64,000 nt of DNA from Candidatus Latescibacterota bacterium (GCA_965226795.1 CBDDDZ010000005.1:1583920-1647919); one strand, 5' to 3'; numbered from the stretch's first letter, positions 46,959-56,795 are shown. Program-made: numbers and translations. Notes: a model not told the origin generated them from the letters alone.

Positions 46959-47828
46959 CTAATTAGCGCGTTCCACCGCACCGCGGACCGCGCGGCGGGT
47001 CAATACCCCAGACAGGTGAATTCGTTGCTCAATGGTACCACGCATATCCGTAATGGGTCTGGCGGCTCGTCGGGCGATCTCGGCTGCCTCTTCGATCGTT
47101 TGATCCGTCACCTCGTTGCCTGCGAGAACCGCTCCCGCTTCGGGCAGGTAAAGAGGGGTGGGCGCCACTGCGCCCACGGCGATCCTCGCGGACTCGAACG
47201 CGTTTTTTTCGGCGTTCAACACCACCGACGCCGCGGCGTTGACAACGGCGATATCCATTTCGTTCCGGGGAATAAACCGGAGGAAATAGGCCCCGGAGTT
47301 GGCTGCGGGCGGCGGAAAATGGACGGAAATCAGGAACTCGCCGTCCTGCAACACGGACTGCCCGGGTGCCGTGCAGAAGTCCTCCACAGCGACGTCTCGC
47401 GCACCGCCGGGACCGGCGATTTTCGCGGTGGCCCCCAGGACGATCAGCGTCGGAATGGTATCCGCCGCGGGGGACGCATTACACAGGTTTCCGCCGATAG
47501 TGGCCCGGCCCTGTATCTGAATGGAACCGATGAGTGCGGTGGAATCCACGAGAGCCGGGTAATTTGACGCCACATCCTCGTTTTCGTAGATGTCGCAGCA
47601 CGACACTCCGGCGCCGATCGTCAACCCCTGTTGAGAATCGAACGAGAGTTCGTTCGCCTCAGGTATCTTCTTGACGTCCACCAGAACCTTCACCCGGCGT
47701 CGCCCCTCTTTCAACTGTGCAATAATGTCGGAACCGCCCGCCAACATCCTGGCATCCGAGCCGTTTTCCGAAAGCACTGCGACGACTTCGTCGACGGTTT
47801 GAGGCGCTACGTAATCGAACGCTTGCAA
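46959..47828 (-). CDS. FAD-binding (CoxM-like) medium subunit of the Mo-hydroxylase
   Basis: 289 aa: MLAGGSDII...ATIGGNLCNASPAADT. Confidence 0.85.
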   Translation of the reverse strand: MQAFDYVAPQTVDEVVAVLSENGSDARMLAGGSDIIAQLKEGRRRVKVLVDVKKIPEANELSFDSQQGLTIGAGVSCCDIYENEDVASNYPALVDSTALIGSIQIQGRATIGGNLCNASPAADTIPTLIVLGATAKIAGPGGARDVAVEDFCTAPGQSVLQDGEFLISVHFPPPAANSGAYFLRFIPRNEMDIAVVNAAASVVLNAEKNAFESARIAVGAVAPTPLYLPEAGAVLAGNEVTDQTIEEAAEIARRAARPITDMRGTIEQRIHLSGVLTRRAVRGAVERAN

Positions 47829-48029
47829 GGTTCGCTCCTCCTGTACAATGTTGGGGGATCGTCCAGCAGCTACGATACACCTGAATGGACTTGGGATTGC
47901 GCGTAAGAATAAGCTTTCGTCGGCGTGTTGTCAAGGGTTTTCGGGGTACCGTCCGCGGCCGCCTTCCCGCCTGCCCTTGCCGGAAAGGAACCCCATTTCC
48001 AGGCGCGATTCCATGTGATCCGTGACACA

Positions 48030-49067
48030 TCAATCCGCAGGGGTACCCGCTTTCGGGCGACTTGCACCTAGAATGGTATATCCAAGACGGGACCCCAGCT
48101 CTTCTACCGCGTCGAACGACCGTTTCATCTGCTTGCGGTACATTCCGGGACGCATCGCTACAACCACGAATCTTCCCTCCGGTTCCAGCTGTCGGGTTGC
48201 ACCGTGTGTAAACAGCCTGGCCGTAGCCGTACCCTGGTGGGTGGGCGCATTGCACAGGATGAGATCAAAGGACCGTCCTGAAGCGGCTTCGAAACCGTCG
48301 CTGAGGGCGACCCGGGCGTTCGTCAGCCGGCTGCGGGCGATGTTTCGCCTCGCGCATCGAACCGCCAGTAGGTCGGAATCCAGCAGCAGAACCTCGCGCG
48401 CCCGTTGCCCGGCGGCGATGCCGACCGCTCCGTATCCGCATCCCAGGTCCAGCACGCGATCCTGCGCCTTGACGTCGGCCGTTTCGATGAGAAATCGGGT
48501 GCCGGGGTCCAGACCGGCGCTGGAAAATACGCCTGCACACGACTCAAATTCGCTGGCTGATCCGCAAAGGTCGTTCACGACAAAGGAATGCACCGGGTTT
48601 ACGGGATCCACGCCCGACTCGGGGCGCCGCTTGTAGGACCGATAGATCCGAAAGCCCGATTTTGCCGTCACCTTCTCAACACAGCCGAAAACCGCCTTCA
48701 ACCGGTTCCGATAGCTCTTCACACCGGCATCCAGCCGTCCCGCCAGCAGCAACCGACCGTGAATCGCGGTTTTGTGAAACGCTGCGTCGATCAGTTGGAA
48801 CACACGCGCCTTGGCCTCCCACCGGGCGGGAGCGTAAAACCCGACGTCGAAACACGGACCGGTGACGTCCGCGGGCGAGGTCTCGAGCCAGGCGCACGCA
48901 TTGCCCAATGCCCTGCGCCGGATCATGTTTTCACATCGTCTCACGGCGCGCAGATCGGGACTCACGAAGTGGATCCCGCCGGCACTCAGGTCAAGACCTA
49001 CGGGAAGCCCGGCCATTCCGAGGTCCAGAACACGTTCGTGTGTCTGGACGGCCGCGGCCGCCAGCAA
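48030..49067 (-). CDS. Class I SAM-dependent methyltransferase, RsmC/RlmG-like (rRNA m2G type)
   Basis: VLDLGCGYGAVGIAAG motif I and ILCNAPTHQG (NPPF-like) motif IV; duplicated-domain length. Confidence 0.7.
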   Translation of the reverse strand: MLAAAAVQTHERVLDLGMAGLPVGLDLSAGGIHFVSPDLRAVRRCENMIRRRALGNACAWLETSPADVTGPCFDVGFYAPARWEAKARVFQLIDAAFHKTAIHGRLLLAGRLDAGVKSYRNRLKAVFGCVEKVTAKSGFRIYRSYKRRPESGVDPVNPVHSFVVNDLCGSASEFESCAGVFSSAGLDPGTRFLIETADVKAQDRVLDLGCGYGAVGIAAGQRAREVLLLDSDLLAVRCARRNIARSRLTNARVALSDGFEAASGRSFDLILCNAPTHQGTATARLFTHGATRQLEPEGRFVVVAMRPGMYRKQMKRSFDAVEELGSRLGYTILGASRPKAGTPAD

Positions 49068-49788
49068 CGCAGACGCTTCCCGACCCCGGGGTTTGCGCGA
49101 TCTTCCGCTCAGTCATTCCCTCCGTATTCGCTACACGACCTGAAATGGTGTCAGCCCCTGGCTATTGGCGGACAGACCGCCAATCCAATCCTCAGCAAGG
49201 ACGCAAAACGCGAAAAACGTCCAGAAGCGATCCGTGGCCGGGTCGTCCTCTTGCGTTATGCCCCTCACCTCTCGCCAGAGGGGAGATGGGTATTGCGAGT
49301 TTCCTGGATACAGGTCCCTCACCGCTGTGCAGCGTCACCCCGCTGTGAAACGAACCGTTTTCACCTTCTTGGGTCCCTCGGACCGGTGTTCTGACGACCT
49401 GACAACAATCGGTGGACCATTTATAGTTAGGCCAGACCGTCCAGATTGATACAGAGGAGGAAAGCCAATTACATAAGGGGATCGGCCGATTGCGGGCGGG
49501 TCGGAAACAGCGAGAATTTCATGAGTGGGTCGAAGGGCACCTGAGCCTGCGATTCACAGGACGAATTCTGGACATCGATCGGGAAGTTTCCGTCCGATAG
49601 GGCGAGATTTCGACAGCGGGCGAAGCAGCCGGGCGGGCTGTGCCCGTGCTCCACGGTTTGCTGGAAGCGACCGCCATGATTTCAGGTCTGACACTCGTGA
49701 CGCGAAACACGGACCACGTTCAGGAAACCGGCGTTCCTCTGTTCAATCACTGCCAGACGATTAACCTTCATTAGTTTAGGCGACGATG

Positions 49789-50607
49789 TCACCCGCTGCG
49801 CTTCAGACGACCGGTCCGTTTGGCGTAGACCTCTGCAACATGAAAAATCCACAATCCCAGAGGGACCATGATTGCGCCTGAAACCGTTAGGATTATGAGG
49901 TCACCCTGCACATCGGCAACACTCGCGTTGTCCAACAGGGCCGTGCGGATGGATCGGAGTGCATAGGTCCCGGGCGAAACGGTCGATAGCGGCCGCAGCC
50001 AATCGGGAAGTACCGAAACATCGTAGTACACCCCGGAAATCAGGAGCACGAATGTGCCGAAAATATCGGTAGCCCGCGCGCCTTTCTCCGGTGAAAGAAG
50101 CGGAAATACGGCCGCCATAAGCCCCATCCCCAGGAATGAGATACTGGCCGTGGCCAGGACGGCAACCGCCGTGGTCAGATTCGCCTGTGAAAGGCTCAGA
50201 TCGAAAAAAAACACCGCTGAAACGAGAACCACACCGGATCTGAGAAAGCCGTAAATGATCGCGTACACGCATTGACCCGCAAGGTGTGTCAGCCTGTAGA
50301 CAGGTGCCATAAATGTGTATTCGATGGTCCCTTCCCAACGCTCCCATGCGATGGCGTCGGCCACTTCATAGAAAAGCAGGCGAAGAAAATTCCAAAGCAC
50401 CGCACCTACGATAAGGAAAAGCACCGCCTCCCGCACTTTTTCCGGGTCGTTTCCGCCCATATATACACCGATTAACCCGATGGTCAGCGCATGCACCACG
50501 TTCCAGACAACGAATATCAGTTCCCAGCTTGCATACCGCCTCGCCAGATTGAAATTCCGCTCTATAAACGCTACCGACGCCTTGATCTCGGCGGTCACCG
50601 AGTTCAT
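49789..50607 (-). CDS. ABC-2-type transporter permease
   Basis: Starts at the ATG at 50607, overlapping the ATPase stop (ATGA). Six hydrophobic helices. Confidence 0.7.
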   Translation of the reverse strand: MNSVTAEIKASVAFIERNFNLARRYASWELIFVVWNVVHALTIGLIGVYMGGNDPEKVREAVLFLIVGAVLWNFLRLLFYEVADAIAWERWEGTIEYTFMAPVYRLTHLAGQCVYAIIYGFLRSGVVLVSAVFFFDLSLSQANLTTAVAVLATASISFLGMGLMAAVFPLLSPEKGARATDIFGTFVLLISGVYYDVSVLPDWLRPLSTVSPGTYALRSIRTALLDNASVADVQGDLIILTVSGAIMVPLGLWIFHVAEVYAKRTGRLKRSG

Positions 50608-51506
50608 TCTCCGTCTCCTTCCGTTTCGTCCTCCAGATCGGCATGGGCAAGATCCATTCCCGTCATCTTGAAAAACACATCCTCCAGACTGCCCCCCACG
50701 CAGCAGGCGCGGACCTTCAGTTCTTCGACGGTGCCCATGGCGATAAGCCTGCCATGGTGGATAATCGAAACCCGGTTGCACACCCGTTCCGCCTCGTCCA
50801 TGTCGTGGGTCGATAACAAAACCGTCGCTTCATGGCGTTCGCGAATCCCCATGACATAATCCTGCACCTGGCGCTTTGATACCGGGTCCAATCCCGTCGT
50901 CGGCTCGTCCATCAGCAGTAGAACGGGCGACGTAAAAAGCGCTCGGGCCACTGCCACCTTCTGTTGCATTCCGCGAGAAAGGTCCTCCATAGGCTGGTCG
51001 ACCCGGTCGTCTCCGAAACCCATTTCCGCCAGGATCGCCTCGGCCTTCCTGCGCCCCTCGCGCACCGGAACTCCGTACAACCTGGCCGCGTAACTCAGGT
51101 TCTCCCACGCCGAGAGTTTCTTGAAAAAGGCCGCGTCCACGGACACCCGGTTTATGAGACGCTTCACCCGCATCGCATCCCGTTCGACGTGCAGCCCGAA
51201 AACGCGCGCCTCGCCGCTGTCGGGATAGACCAGGGTCGAGAGGATACGAATCAGTGTCGACTTTCCCGAGCCGTTCGGACCCAGAATACCGAAAATCTCC
51301 CCGCGTTGCACTTCAAACCCAACCCGGTCAACCGCCAGAATCTCCCTGCGACGGCGCCTGAAGCGGCCCAGGAATCCGTTCGTTCTGCCCGTCTCGTTGT
51401 CGGGCACCCGGAAGGCCTTGGTCAGATCCGTCGCCTGAACCGCAGGCGCGTCATAATCGATATCCAACGCGACTAGCCCTTTCCCAGCAGCGGCCGGAGT
51501 CCACAC
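50604..51506 (-). CDS. ABC transporter ATP-binding protein
   Basis: Walker A GPNGSGKST, signature LSRGMQQK, Walker B LLLMDEPTTGLD. Confidence 0.85.
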   Translation of the reverse strand: MWTPAAAGKGLVALDIDYDAPAVQATDLTKAFRVPDNETGRTNGFLGRFRRRRREILAVDRVGFEVQRGEIFGILGPNGSGKSTLIRILSTLVYPDSGEARVFGLHVERDAMRVKRLINRVSVDAAFFKKLSAWENLSYAARLYGVPVREGRRKAEAILAEMGFGDDRVDQPMEDLSRGMQQKVAVARALFTSPVLLLMDEPTTGLDPVSKRQVQDYVMGIRERHEATVLLSTHDMDEAERVCNRVSIIHHGRLIAMGTVEELKVRACCVGGSLEDVFFKMTGMDLAHADLEDETEGDGE

Positions 51507-51606
51507 CCCAATTCTCCAACGCCGAACGGAGCCTGAATCGGATTTCTCCGGTTTCTACGGTGTCGACAGATGAGGAACAATGCAGCCGCCGTGAATTTAA
51601 GGTTGG

Positions 51607-51636
51607 AAACAAATAAGGATGCGCCCTCACGCATCC
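51607..51636 (-). terminator. Intrinsic-terminator-like hairpin about 200 nt downstream of the rhodanese gene
   Basis: Minus strand reads GGATGCG-tgaggg-CGCATCC followed by TTATTTGTTT. Confidence 0.4.
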
Positions 51637-51834
51637 TGGTAAGTACCGGCGTTACGTCATCCGTAACATCCGAACCGCTCCATGTACGCCCTCAGAATCC
51701 CATATTTTTTTTGTAGGCATCGCCTTCTCCGGCGGGGAACGCCAATTGCCCCCCGGTCGACGACGCACGGCGGACACCCCGACACGCAGGTGATATACCC
51801 ATCCGTACGCCGACCCGGCAACGCACTTGCGCGC

Positions 51835-52272
51835 TCAGCGTCCTTTCTGCCCATCGTAGGAATTCTGTTCCGTGACTTCCGTTGATACCGGCAATCCCGA
51901 ATCTCGCCATCCGGAAATCTCCACCATCCCTGTTCCGGGATTAACCTTACCCCCGAAGCCTCCGACAACATTTGCAACATTCGTGTACCCGGCCTTATCC
52001 AGCATCTCAGCCGCGTATTGTGAACGGATACCCGACTGGCAGCCACAGTAGATTCTTGTCTCCCTGTTCAGCACGCGTTCCACCACGGCCTGAAAATCCG
52101 GGTTGGGCATCATGCCACCGGCCGGACTTTGAAAAGCCACCGGAATATTGATTGCGCCCTCGGGGTGCCCATGGGCGAATTCCGACTCCGTCCGCACATC
52201 GAGATAAACCGCATCTGCGTCGCCGTCCATTCCCGCGTGCGCATCAGCGGGCAATAGCTGCTCAATTGGCAT
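51835..52272 (-). CDS. Rhodanese-domain sulfurtransferase
   Basis: Starts at the ATG at 52272, preceded by GGGAGGG. Active-site loop IYCGCQSGIRS. Confidence 0.8.
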   Translation of the reverse strand: MPIEQLLPADAHAGMDGDADAVYLDVRTESEFAHGHPEGAINIPVAFQSPAGGMMPNPDFQAVVERVLNRETRIYCGCQSGIRSQYAAEMLDKAGYTNVANVVGGFGGKVNPGTGMVEISGWRDSGLPVSTEVTEQNSYDGQKGR

Positions 52273-52421
52273 ATATGAACCCTCCCGCAATCCTCGTCTA
52301 GGGCCGCACCCAGGGCGCCCGATCAAAGCCGTCGTGGCGCTCGGACGCGCCTCACGATCCTGTGGGTTTCGGCTACGTCAAATATAGGCCGTTCTACCCC
52401 GTACCGCAAGTATCTCCAGCC

Positions 52422-54344
52422 TTAACCGTCGAAATCCCGGAGGTCCACCTGGCAGACCTCGAATCCGGCGGCATAATACAGCGTGCGGTCTACGATGCGT
52501 AAGTATTCTCCCTCACCCTCGATCAACGGCGTGAATTCAACCTCGTGATCGAACACCTGCATCCGACCGATCTTTCCACAGGCGCACGTCCACAACCGGC
52601 CTGTTGCCTCATCCGTAGCCACCTCCCGGCAACCCCGCGGCGCCGGACCCAAATCGCGCAGACCGCCCGTTTGGGCATTCCACGCGTAGAAGCGGGTCCG
52701 CTGGAGCGCAAGCACCTCACCCGACGACAGGACGGCCATCACCCGGGCAGCGCCTTCCCCTTCTTCAATGGCCTGGGTACGGGTGACTTCCAGCCTGTCC
52801 ATATCGAATGCCACGAGCTGTCCGGTCGTCTGCGTGGGCGGCGCGGAGTTCGCATCGGCATAGATTTCAGTTGAACAGTAGACCCGACGTCGCTGCGTGT
52901 CGGCCACCACGGCATTAACTTTCTGATCCGGCACCAGATGTCGCCAGATACGGATATCACCGGTCCGCGGATCGATCCGGCTGAGGGCGCCGCCCAGATG
53001 CCCATACTCCGGACTGGTGGACATCCAGACGTACCTCCCGTCGTGCACGAGCCCCGTGGGTCTCATCTGTCCTTCCTGTTGCGCGCTGGCCAGTACATGC
53101 GGGTTGCGAGGCCAGTCCAAAGGCGCCGCGGGATCGAAGGCGGTTACCGACGACGTCGTATAGCTGCTCTGAAGCACACGCTGCGTGATCGGCTCCCAGA
53201 TGATCTGGTTGATCTGCCCCCCGCCCGGCGCCGCACGTCCGCAGTCCCTTCCTTCTTCCGTTTCCATGTCGATCATCCAGAAGCGCTGGTTGATGAACGG
53301 TGCGCCGAAAATCAGATTCCTTTGGGGAACGGGACAAAGCGCGTGCGCGCTCATCGGCCCTGTTGATTCCAGGTCCATCCGGTCCGTATGTCCCGTCCGT
53401 GTATCGAATCGCAGCGCTTCGCCGGATACGGTGACGCCGGACACCGTGGTTTCGCCCCACGGATGTAATGTTGTCGGTCCACCCTCCGACCAACCCGCCG
53501 CCGCGACCTCCCATTTTTCCGCCTCGCGATCCAGCGCGTAAAGGCCCCCATCAGCAGCGCAGTACGCATAAAGACGGCCGTTCACAACACAGGCGCCTCC
53601 ACCCAGACCCCCATGCTCGGGACGCGCGATCCTCTGTTTCAATCTAAAGCCCGGATACGCCATAAAATGGAGTTCGCCCCGCACAAAGGTCGCAAATGTC
53701 CTGTCGTCCCAGAAAAAAGCATCGGCCGTGGAACCCACGCCCTGGATGTTTTCAGGGGTGTGGGACCTTGCCGACATGGACTCCACGTCCAGCAAAACCA
53801 GCCGCGCCTGCGGCACGTCGATTGCCAGAAGGACCCGACCGTCGGGGGCTTCCACCACACGATGGCCATAGAGCGCGGTCGGGTATTCGGTGTCGATGGG
53901 CCGAAAGACTTTCACCAGCCGCGACTCACGCCAGTCGTACACGCCCACGTGCCCGGGCGATGCCTCCCAGACCGCATACCGGTCCGTCACACAGCCGCCC
54001 CAAGTAATGGACGTCAGTTCGCCGGTTACCAGAATTTCAAAGCCATCGGAAACCGGATCGTACCGAATCAGATCCCCGTTCCCGCAGCCCAGATAGAGGC
54101 GGCCGTCGGCCGCGGTTCTCAACATGTATGCGCCCGGCACCCCATCGGGAAATTCCCGCATTCCCGTCGATCCGGTGTCCGGATTCCAGAAATAGATTCT
54201 TCCGCCCGAGCTTCCACCCCAGACGCTGCTCACCAGATGGACCTCTCCGAGAAACTGAACTCTTGCGACCTCGGCGTTAACAAATGGCAAACGGCTATGG
54301 GGAATAGCATAGCGTTTAATGGAAGCCATCACCCCTCCGATCAA
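52422..54344 (-). CDS. Large beta-propeller-like repeat protein, function unknown
   Basis: 640-aa ORF. Repetitive G/W/D-rich strand pattern; no catalytic motif recognised. Confidence 0.5.
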   Translation of the reverse strand: MIGGVMASIKRYAIPHSRLPFVNAEVARVQFLGEVHLVSSVWGGSSGGRIYFWNPDTGSTGMREFPDGVPGAYMLRTAADGRLYLGCGNGDLIRYDPVSDGFEILVTGELTSITWGGCVTDRYAVWEASPGHVGVYDWRESRLVKVFRPIDTEYPTALYGHRVVEAPDGRVLLAIDVPQARLVLLDVESMSARSHTPENIQGVGSTADAFFWDDRTFATFVRGELHFMAYPGFRLKQRIARPEHGGLGGGACVVNGRLYAYCAADGGLYALDREAEKWEVAAAGWSEGGPTTLHPWGETTVSGVTVSGEALRFDTRTGHTDRMDLESTGPMSAHALCPVPQRNLIFGAPFINQRFWMIDMETEEGRDCGRAAPGGGQINQIIWEPITQRVLQSSYTTSSVTAFDPAAPLDWPRNPHVLASAQQEGQMRPTGLVHDGRYVWMSTSPEYGHLGGALSRIDPRTGDIRIWRHLVPDQKVNAVVADTQRRRVYCSTEIYADANSAPPTQTTGQLVAFDMDRLEVTRTQAIEEGEGAARVMAVLSSGEVLALQRTRFYAWNAQTGGLRDLGPAPRGCREVATDEATGRLWTCACGKIGRMQVFDHEVEFTPLIEGEGEYLRIVDRTLYYAAGFEVCQVDLRDFDG

Positions 54345-54454
54345 TCATAAGACGTTGGTTGTAGCCTGCGAAAAATATCCCGAATTACGAGCAAAAAAAA
54401 TTTGATCTCTGTAACCGACTGTGGTGTAATCTTCTAAAGGTTTTCCTTCTTGTG

Positions 54455-55072
54455 CTATTCGATATGCCTCCGCACTTCGATGACCTTTCCCAGGATGGAA
54501 AACGGATCTCCATCTTCGCGGGGGATGATGGATTCGAAGGCTTCATTCTCGGGGCGCAGTTCGATACGCCCGCCTCTCTCGCGGTATCGTTTGACCGTCG
54601 CCTCCTCTCCCACCATGGCGACGACGATGTCTCCCGACCTGGCAGCCTGCTGTCGACGAACAATTACGATATCGCCGTGCAGGATGCCTGCCCTGAGCAT
54701 ACTGTCTCCCTGTACCGTGAGGGCGAAGAGTTCGCTGCCTTCGTAGCGGGACTGTTGCACCGGAAGATAGTCTTCCGGATTCTGTATGGCTGCAGACAGG
54801 TCTCCGGCCTGGACCCGGCCCAACACGGGGATCAGATGAGAGGATGGCACTCTCCCCATCTTCGGCAGCCGGTGGGACCTGGCCTTACCGGAATCCTTGA
54901 CCAGCCTGCCCTCCAGAACCAGCGCCTCCAGATGCTGGCGAGCCGACTGAACCGCCCGGAATCCGAACGCTTTCTGCACCTCCCGCGTGCTGGGCGGGGT
55001 TCCATTGAGGATCCGCACCCTGACGAACTCATAGATCTTTTCCCGCGTCTGTCCGGGCGGCGTGTAAGCCAT
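54455..55072 (-). CDS. lexA: SOS repressor LexA
   Basis: N-terminal winged helix (TREVQKAFGFRAVQSARQHLEALVLEGRL). S24 peptidase motifs VQGDSMLRAGI and VAMVGEEATVKR. Confidence 0.9.
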   Translation of the reverse strand: MAYTPPGQTREKIYEFVRVRILNGTPPSTREVQKAFGFRAVQSARQHLEALVLEGRLVKDSGKARSHRLPKMGRVPSSHLIPVLGRVQAGDLSAAIQNPEDYLPVQQSRYEGSELFALTVQGDSMLRAGILHGDIVIVRRQQAARSGDIVVAMVGEEATVKRYRERGGRIELRPENEAFESIIPREDGDPFSILGKVIEVRRHIE

Positions 55073-55136
55073 GGCGCGCTCCTCGAATCGTTCAACAATA
55101 GAGAAACGGCGTACAAGGAAAAATCATAGATAAAAA

Positions 55137-55160
55137 ACAGACAAATATCTGTCTTGTCAA
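55137..55160 (-). promoter_or_regulatory. lexA promoter -35 (TTGACA) immediately followed by a palindrome; candidate LexA operator
   Basis: Minus strand reads TTGACA-AGACAGATATTTGTCTGT-TTTTTATCTATGAT, 65-88 nt upstream of the lexA ATG. Arms are AGACA/TGTCT (also readable as ACAG-N8-CTGT). Confidence 0.4.
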
Positions 55161-55230
55161 GGTTTTTCTGCGAGCGGGTATACGCGTGTGTGTCCTTCGG
55201 CGTGCTTGGAAAGATCGCGTTCTCCTTGCC

Positions 55231-55257
55231 GTGCCACAAACTGGCAGTTTGTGGCAC
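55231..55257. repeat. 27-nt perfect palindrome GTGCCACAAACTG-g-CAGTTTGTGGCAC between tRNA-Pro and lexA
   Basis: 13-nt arms with the same AACTG-N-CAGTT core as 11997-12013 and 12055-12073. Confidence 0.6.
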
Positions 55258-55463
55258 AACCCCATCTTTGATTGTGTACCGGGCGCCGCGGCGGCGGTGG
55301 CGTTCCCGTTGATCGACGTATGGACGGGCAGGTTCCGTCCATTCCACCAGTCCATCTTCTCTGATGTTCACATTTCCAGGGTCAGTAAATAGCTGAAATT
55401 ATATGGACAGATCTTCACGCAACAAGGGTTTACATCAAATCGACGTAAACCCTTGTTTTATAA

Positions 55464-55540
55464 TGGTCGGGGCGCCCGGATTCGAACCGGGGGCCTCCTG
55501 CTCCCGAAGCAGGCGCTCTACCGGGCTGAGCCACGCCCCG
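55464..55540 (-). tRNA. tRNA-Pro (anticodon CGG), CCA encoded
   Basis: The reverse complement CGGGGCGTGGCTCAGCCCGGTAGAGCGCCTGCTTCGGGAGCAGGAGGCCCCCGGTTCGAATCCGGGCGCCCCGACCA folds as a cloverleaf. Anticodon loop is TTCGGGA. Confidence 0.9.
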
Positions 55541-55668
55541 AATTCGACATTTAAAATACAAGAAAACGGTCCGGTGGCAAGGAAAAACTCCGAAACGACC
55601 GGGTAGCCGACAGTGTAAAATCGCCGACCGCGCTACCACAAGGGCAACCATACGGGTTGCCCTACAGT

Positions 55669-56691
55669 TCAACGGCGGAACTCCGACAGCCGGTCCAAGA
55701 CCAACACGATCGCGAAACCCAACAGGGCCAGTCCGACGGAGGCGGTCAATTCGCCATCAATTGTGCGGGGCAGGACGTTCAATTGCACCAGTGGTGCGTC
55801 GACGGCAAGCGCCGAAACATCCTCCTTCCAGGGCCAGATCTTCCGCAAGGAACCGGCCATGAACCCTGTCAACGTTGCAACGGTCAGATCATGGTGCCGC
55901 CTGAAAATCCAGACCAGAACGCGGGCGAAGCTCAGAATCCCGATGGCGGCACCCGCCGCAAACAAAACAATGGGGAAAAGGTCCCGGTTGTTCAATGCCG
56001 CCAGGAGATACTCGTACTTTCCGAGCAGCACCAGAATGAACGATCCGGAAATACCCGGCAGAATCATCGCGGATATGGCGATAACGCCGCAGAGGAATAG
56101 AAACCACGCTGAATCCGGCGTCTTCAACGGCACGAGGCCGACAACGACATAGAATAGCAAACCCGCGGCGAATGCCACGGTCCAGGTCGGCCCACGCCAC
56201 GCGACGACCCGTTTCCGCACGACAAAGACGGACGCTACAACCAGTCCGAAGAAGAATGCCCAGATCAATTCCGGTTTATACTGGAGCATCCACTGAATTC
56301 CACGCGCCAGGGCGACCACAGCCAGCAGAATGCCAATAAGTACCGGGCTCAGAAAACGCCATGGAAACCTTTTCAGCGCCTTCCGGAATCTGAGTGCAAG
56401 CAGCAGTCTGACGAAGCCGCGATCGATGGAATGGATCGCGTAAATCAGCTCCTCGTAAATTCCCGTAACGAAGGCGATCGTCCCACCTGAAACTCCGGGA
56501 ACCACATCCGCCGCCCCCATACACACCCCGCGCAGGCCGAGGCCCACGTAGTACTTCCAGCCCCGCCGCACGAATGTCGGTTCCGTACCTCCCACGGTTT
56601 CAAACCCTCCCGAATTCTGCAGTTCCGATATCACTGTCCTGCCAACTCCGAGTATGCCGCAATGACCGCCACCCGAAAAACAGGGACTCAC
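55669..56691 (-). CDS. DUF368-family polytopic membrane protein
   Basis: GAADVVPGVSGGTIAFVTGIYEEL and the second PGISGSFILVLLGKY repeat. The true start may be internal, around 56560. Confidence 0.7.
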   Translation of the reverse strand: MSPCFSGGGHCGILGVGRTVISELQNSGGFETVGGTEPTFVRRGWKYYVGLGLRGVCMGAADVVPGVSGGTIAFVTGIYEELIYAIHSIDRGFVRLLLALRFRKALKRFPWRFLSPVLIGILLAVVALARGIQWMLQYKPELIWAFFFGLVVASVFVVRKRVVAWRGPTWTVAFAAGLLFYVVVGLVPLKTPDSAWFLFLCGVIAISAMILPGISGSFILVLLGKYEYLLAALNNRDLFPIVLFAAGAAIGILSFARVLVWIFRRHHDLTVATLTGFMAGSLRKIWPWKEDVSALAVDAPLVQLNVLPRTIDGELTASVGLALLGFAIVLVLDRLSEFRR

Positions 56692-56718
56692 GATTGACGC
56701 CGTAAGTCCCTGTCTGTA

Positions 56719-56795
56719 TGGTCGGAGCGACTGGATTTGAACCAGCGACCCCTATCACCCCAAGATAGTGCGCTACCGGGCTGCGCCACGCTCCG
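56719..56795 (-). tRNA. tRNA-Pro (anticodon GGG), CCA encoded
   Basis: The reverse complement CGGAGCGTGGCGCAGCCCGGTAGCGCACTATCTTGGGGTGATAGGGGTCGCTGGTTCAAATCCAGTCGCTCCGACCA. Anticodon loop is TTGGGGT. Confidence 0.9.

Noticed and set aside
49068-49788. A cobalamin riboswitch, RNase P RNA, tmRNA or SRP RNA in the long gap.
   Set aside because: There are partial resemblances only (GGTGAAAACGG, ACAGCGGGG, GAGGAAAGCC). The defining blocks are absent on both strands: GGAAAGTCCGGGC for RNase P, the B12 box, and the tRNA-like 3' end of tmRNA.
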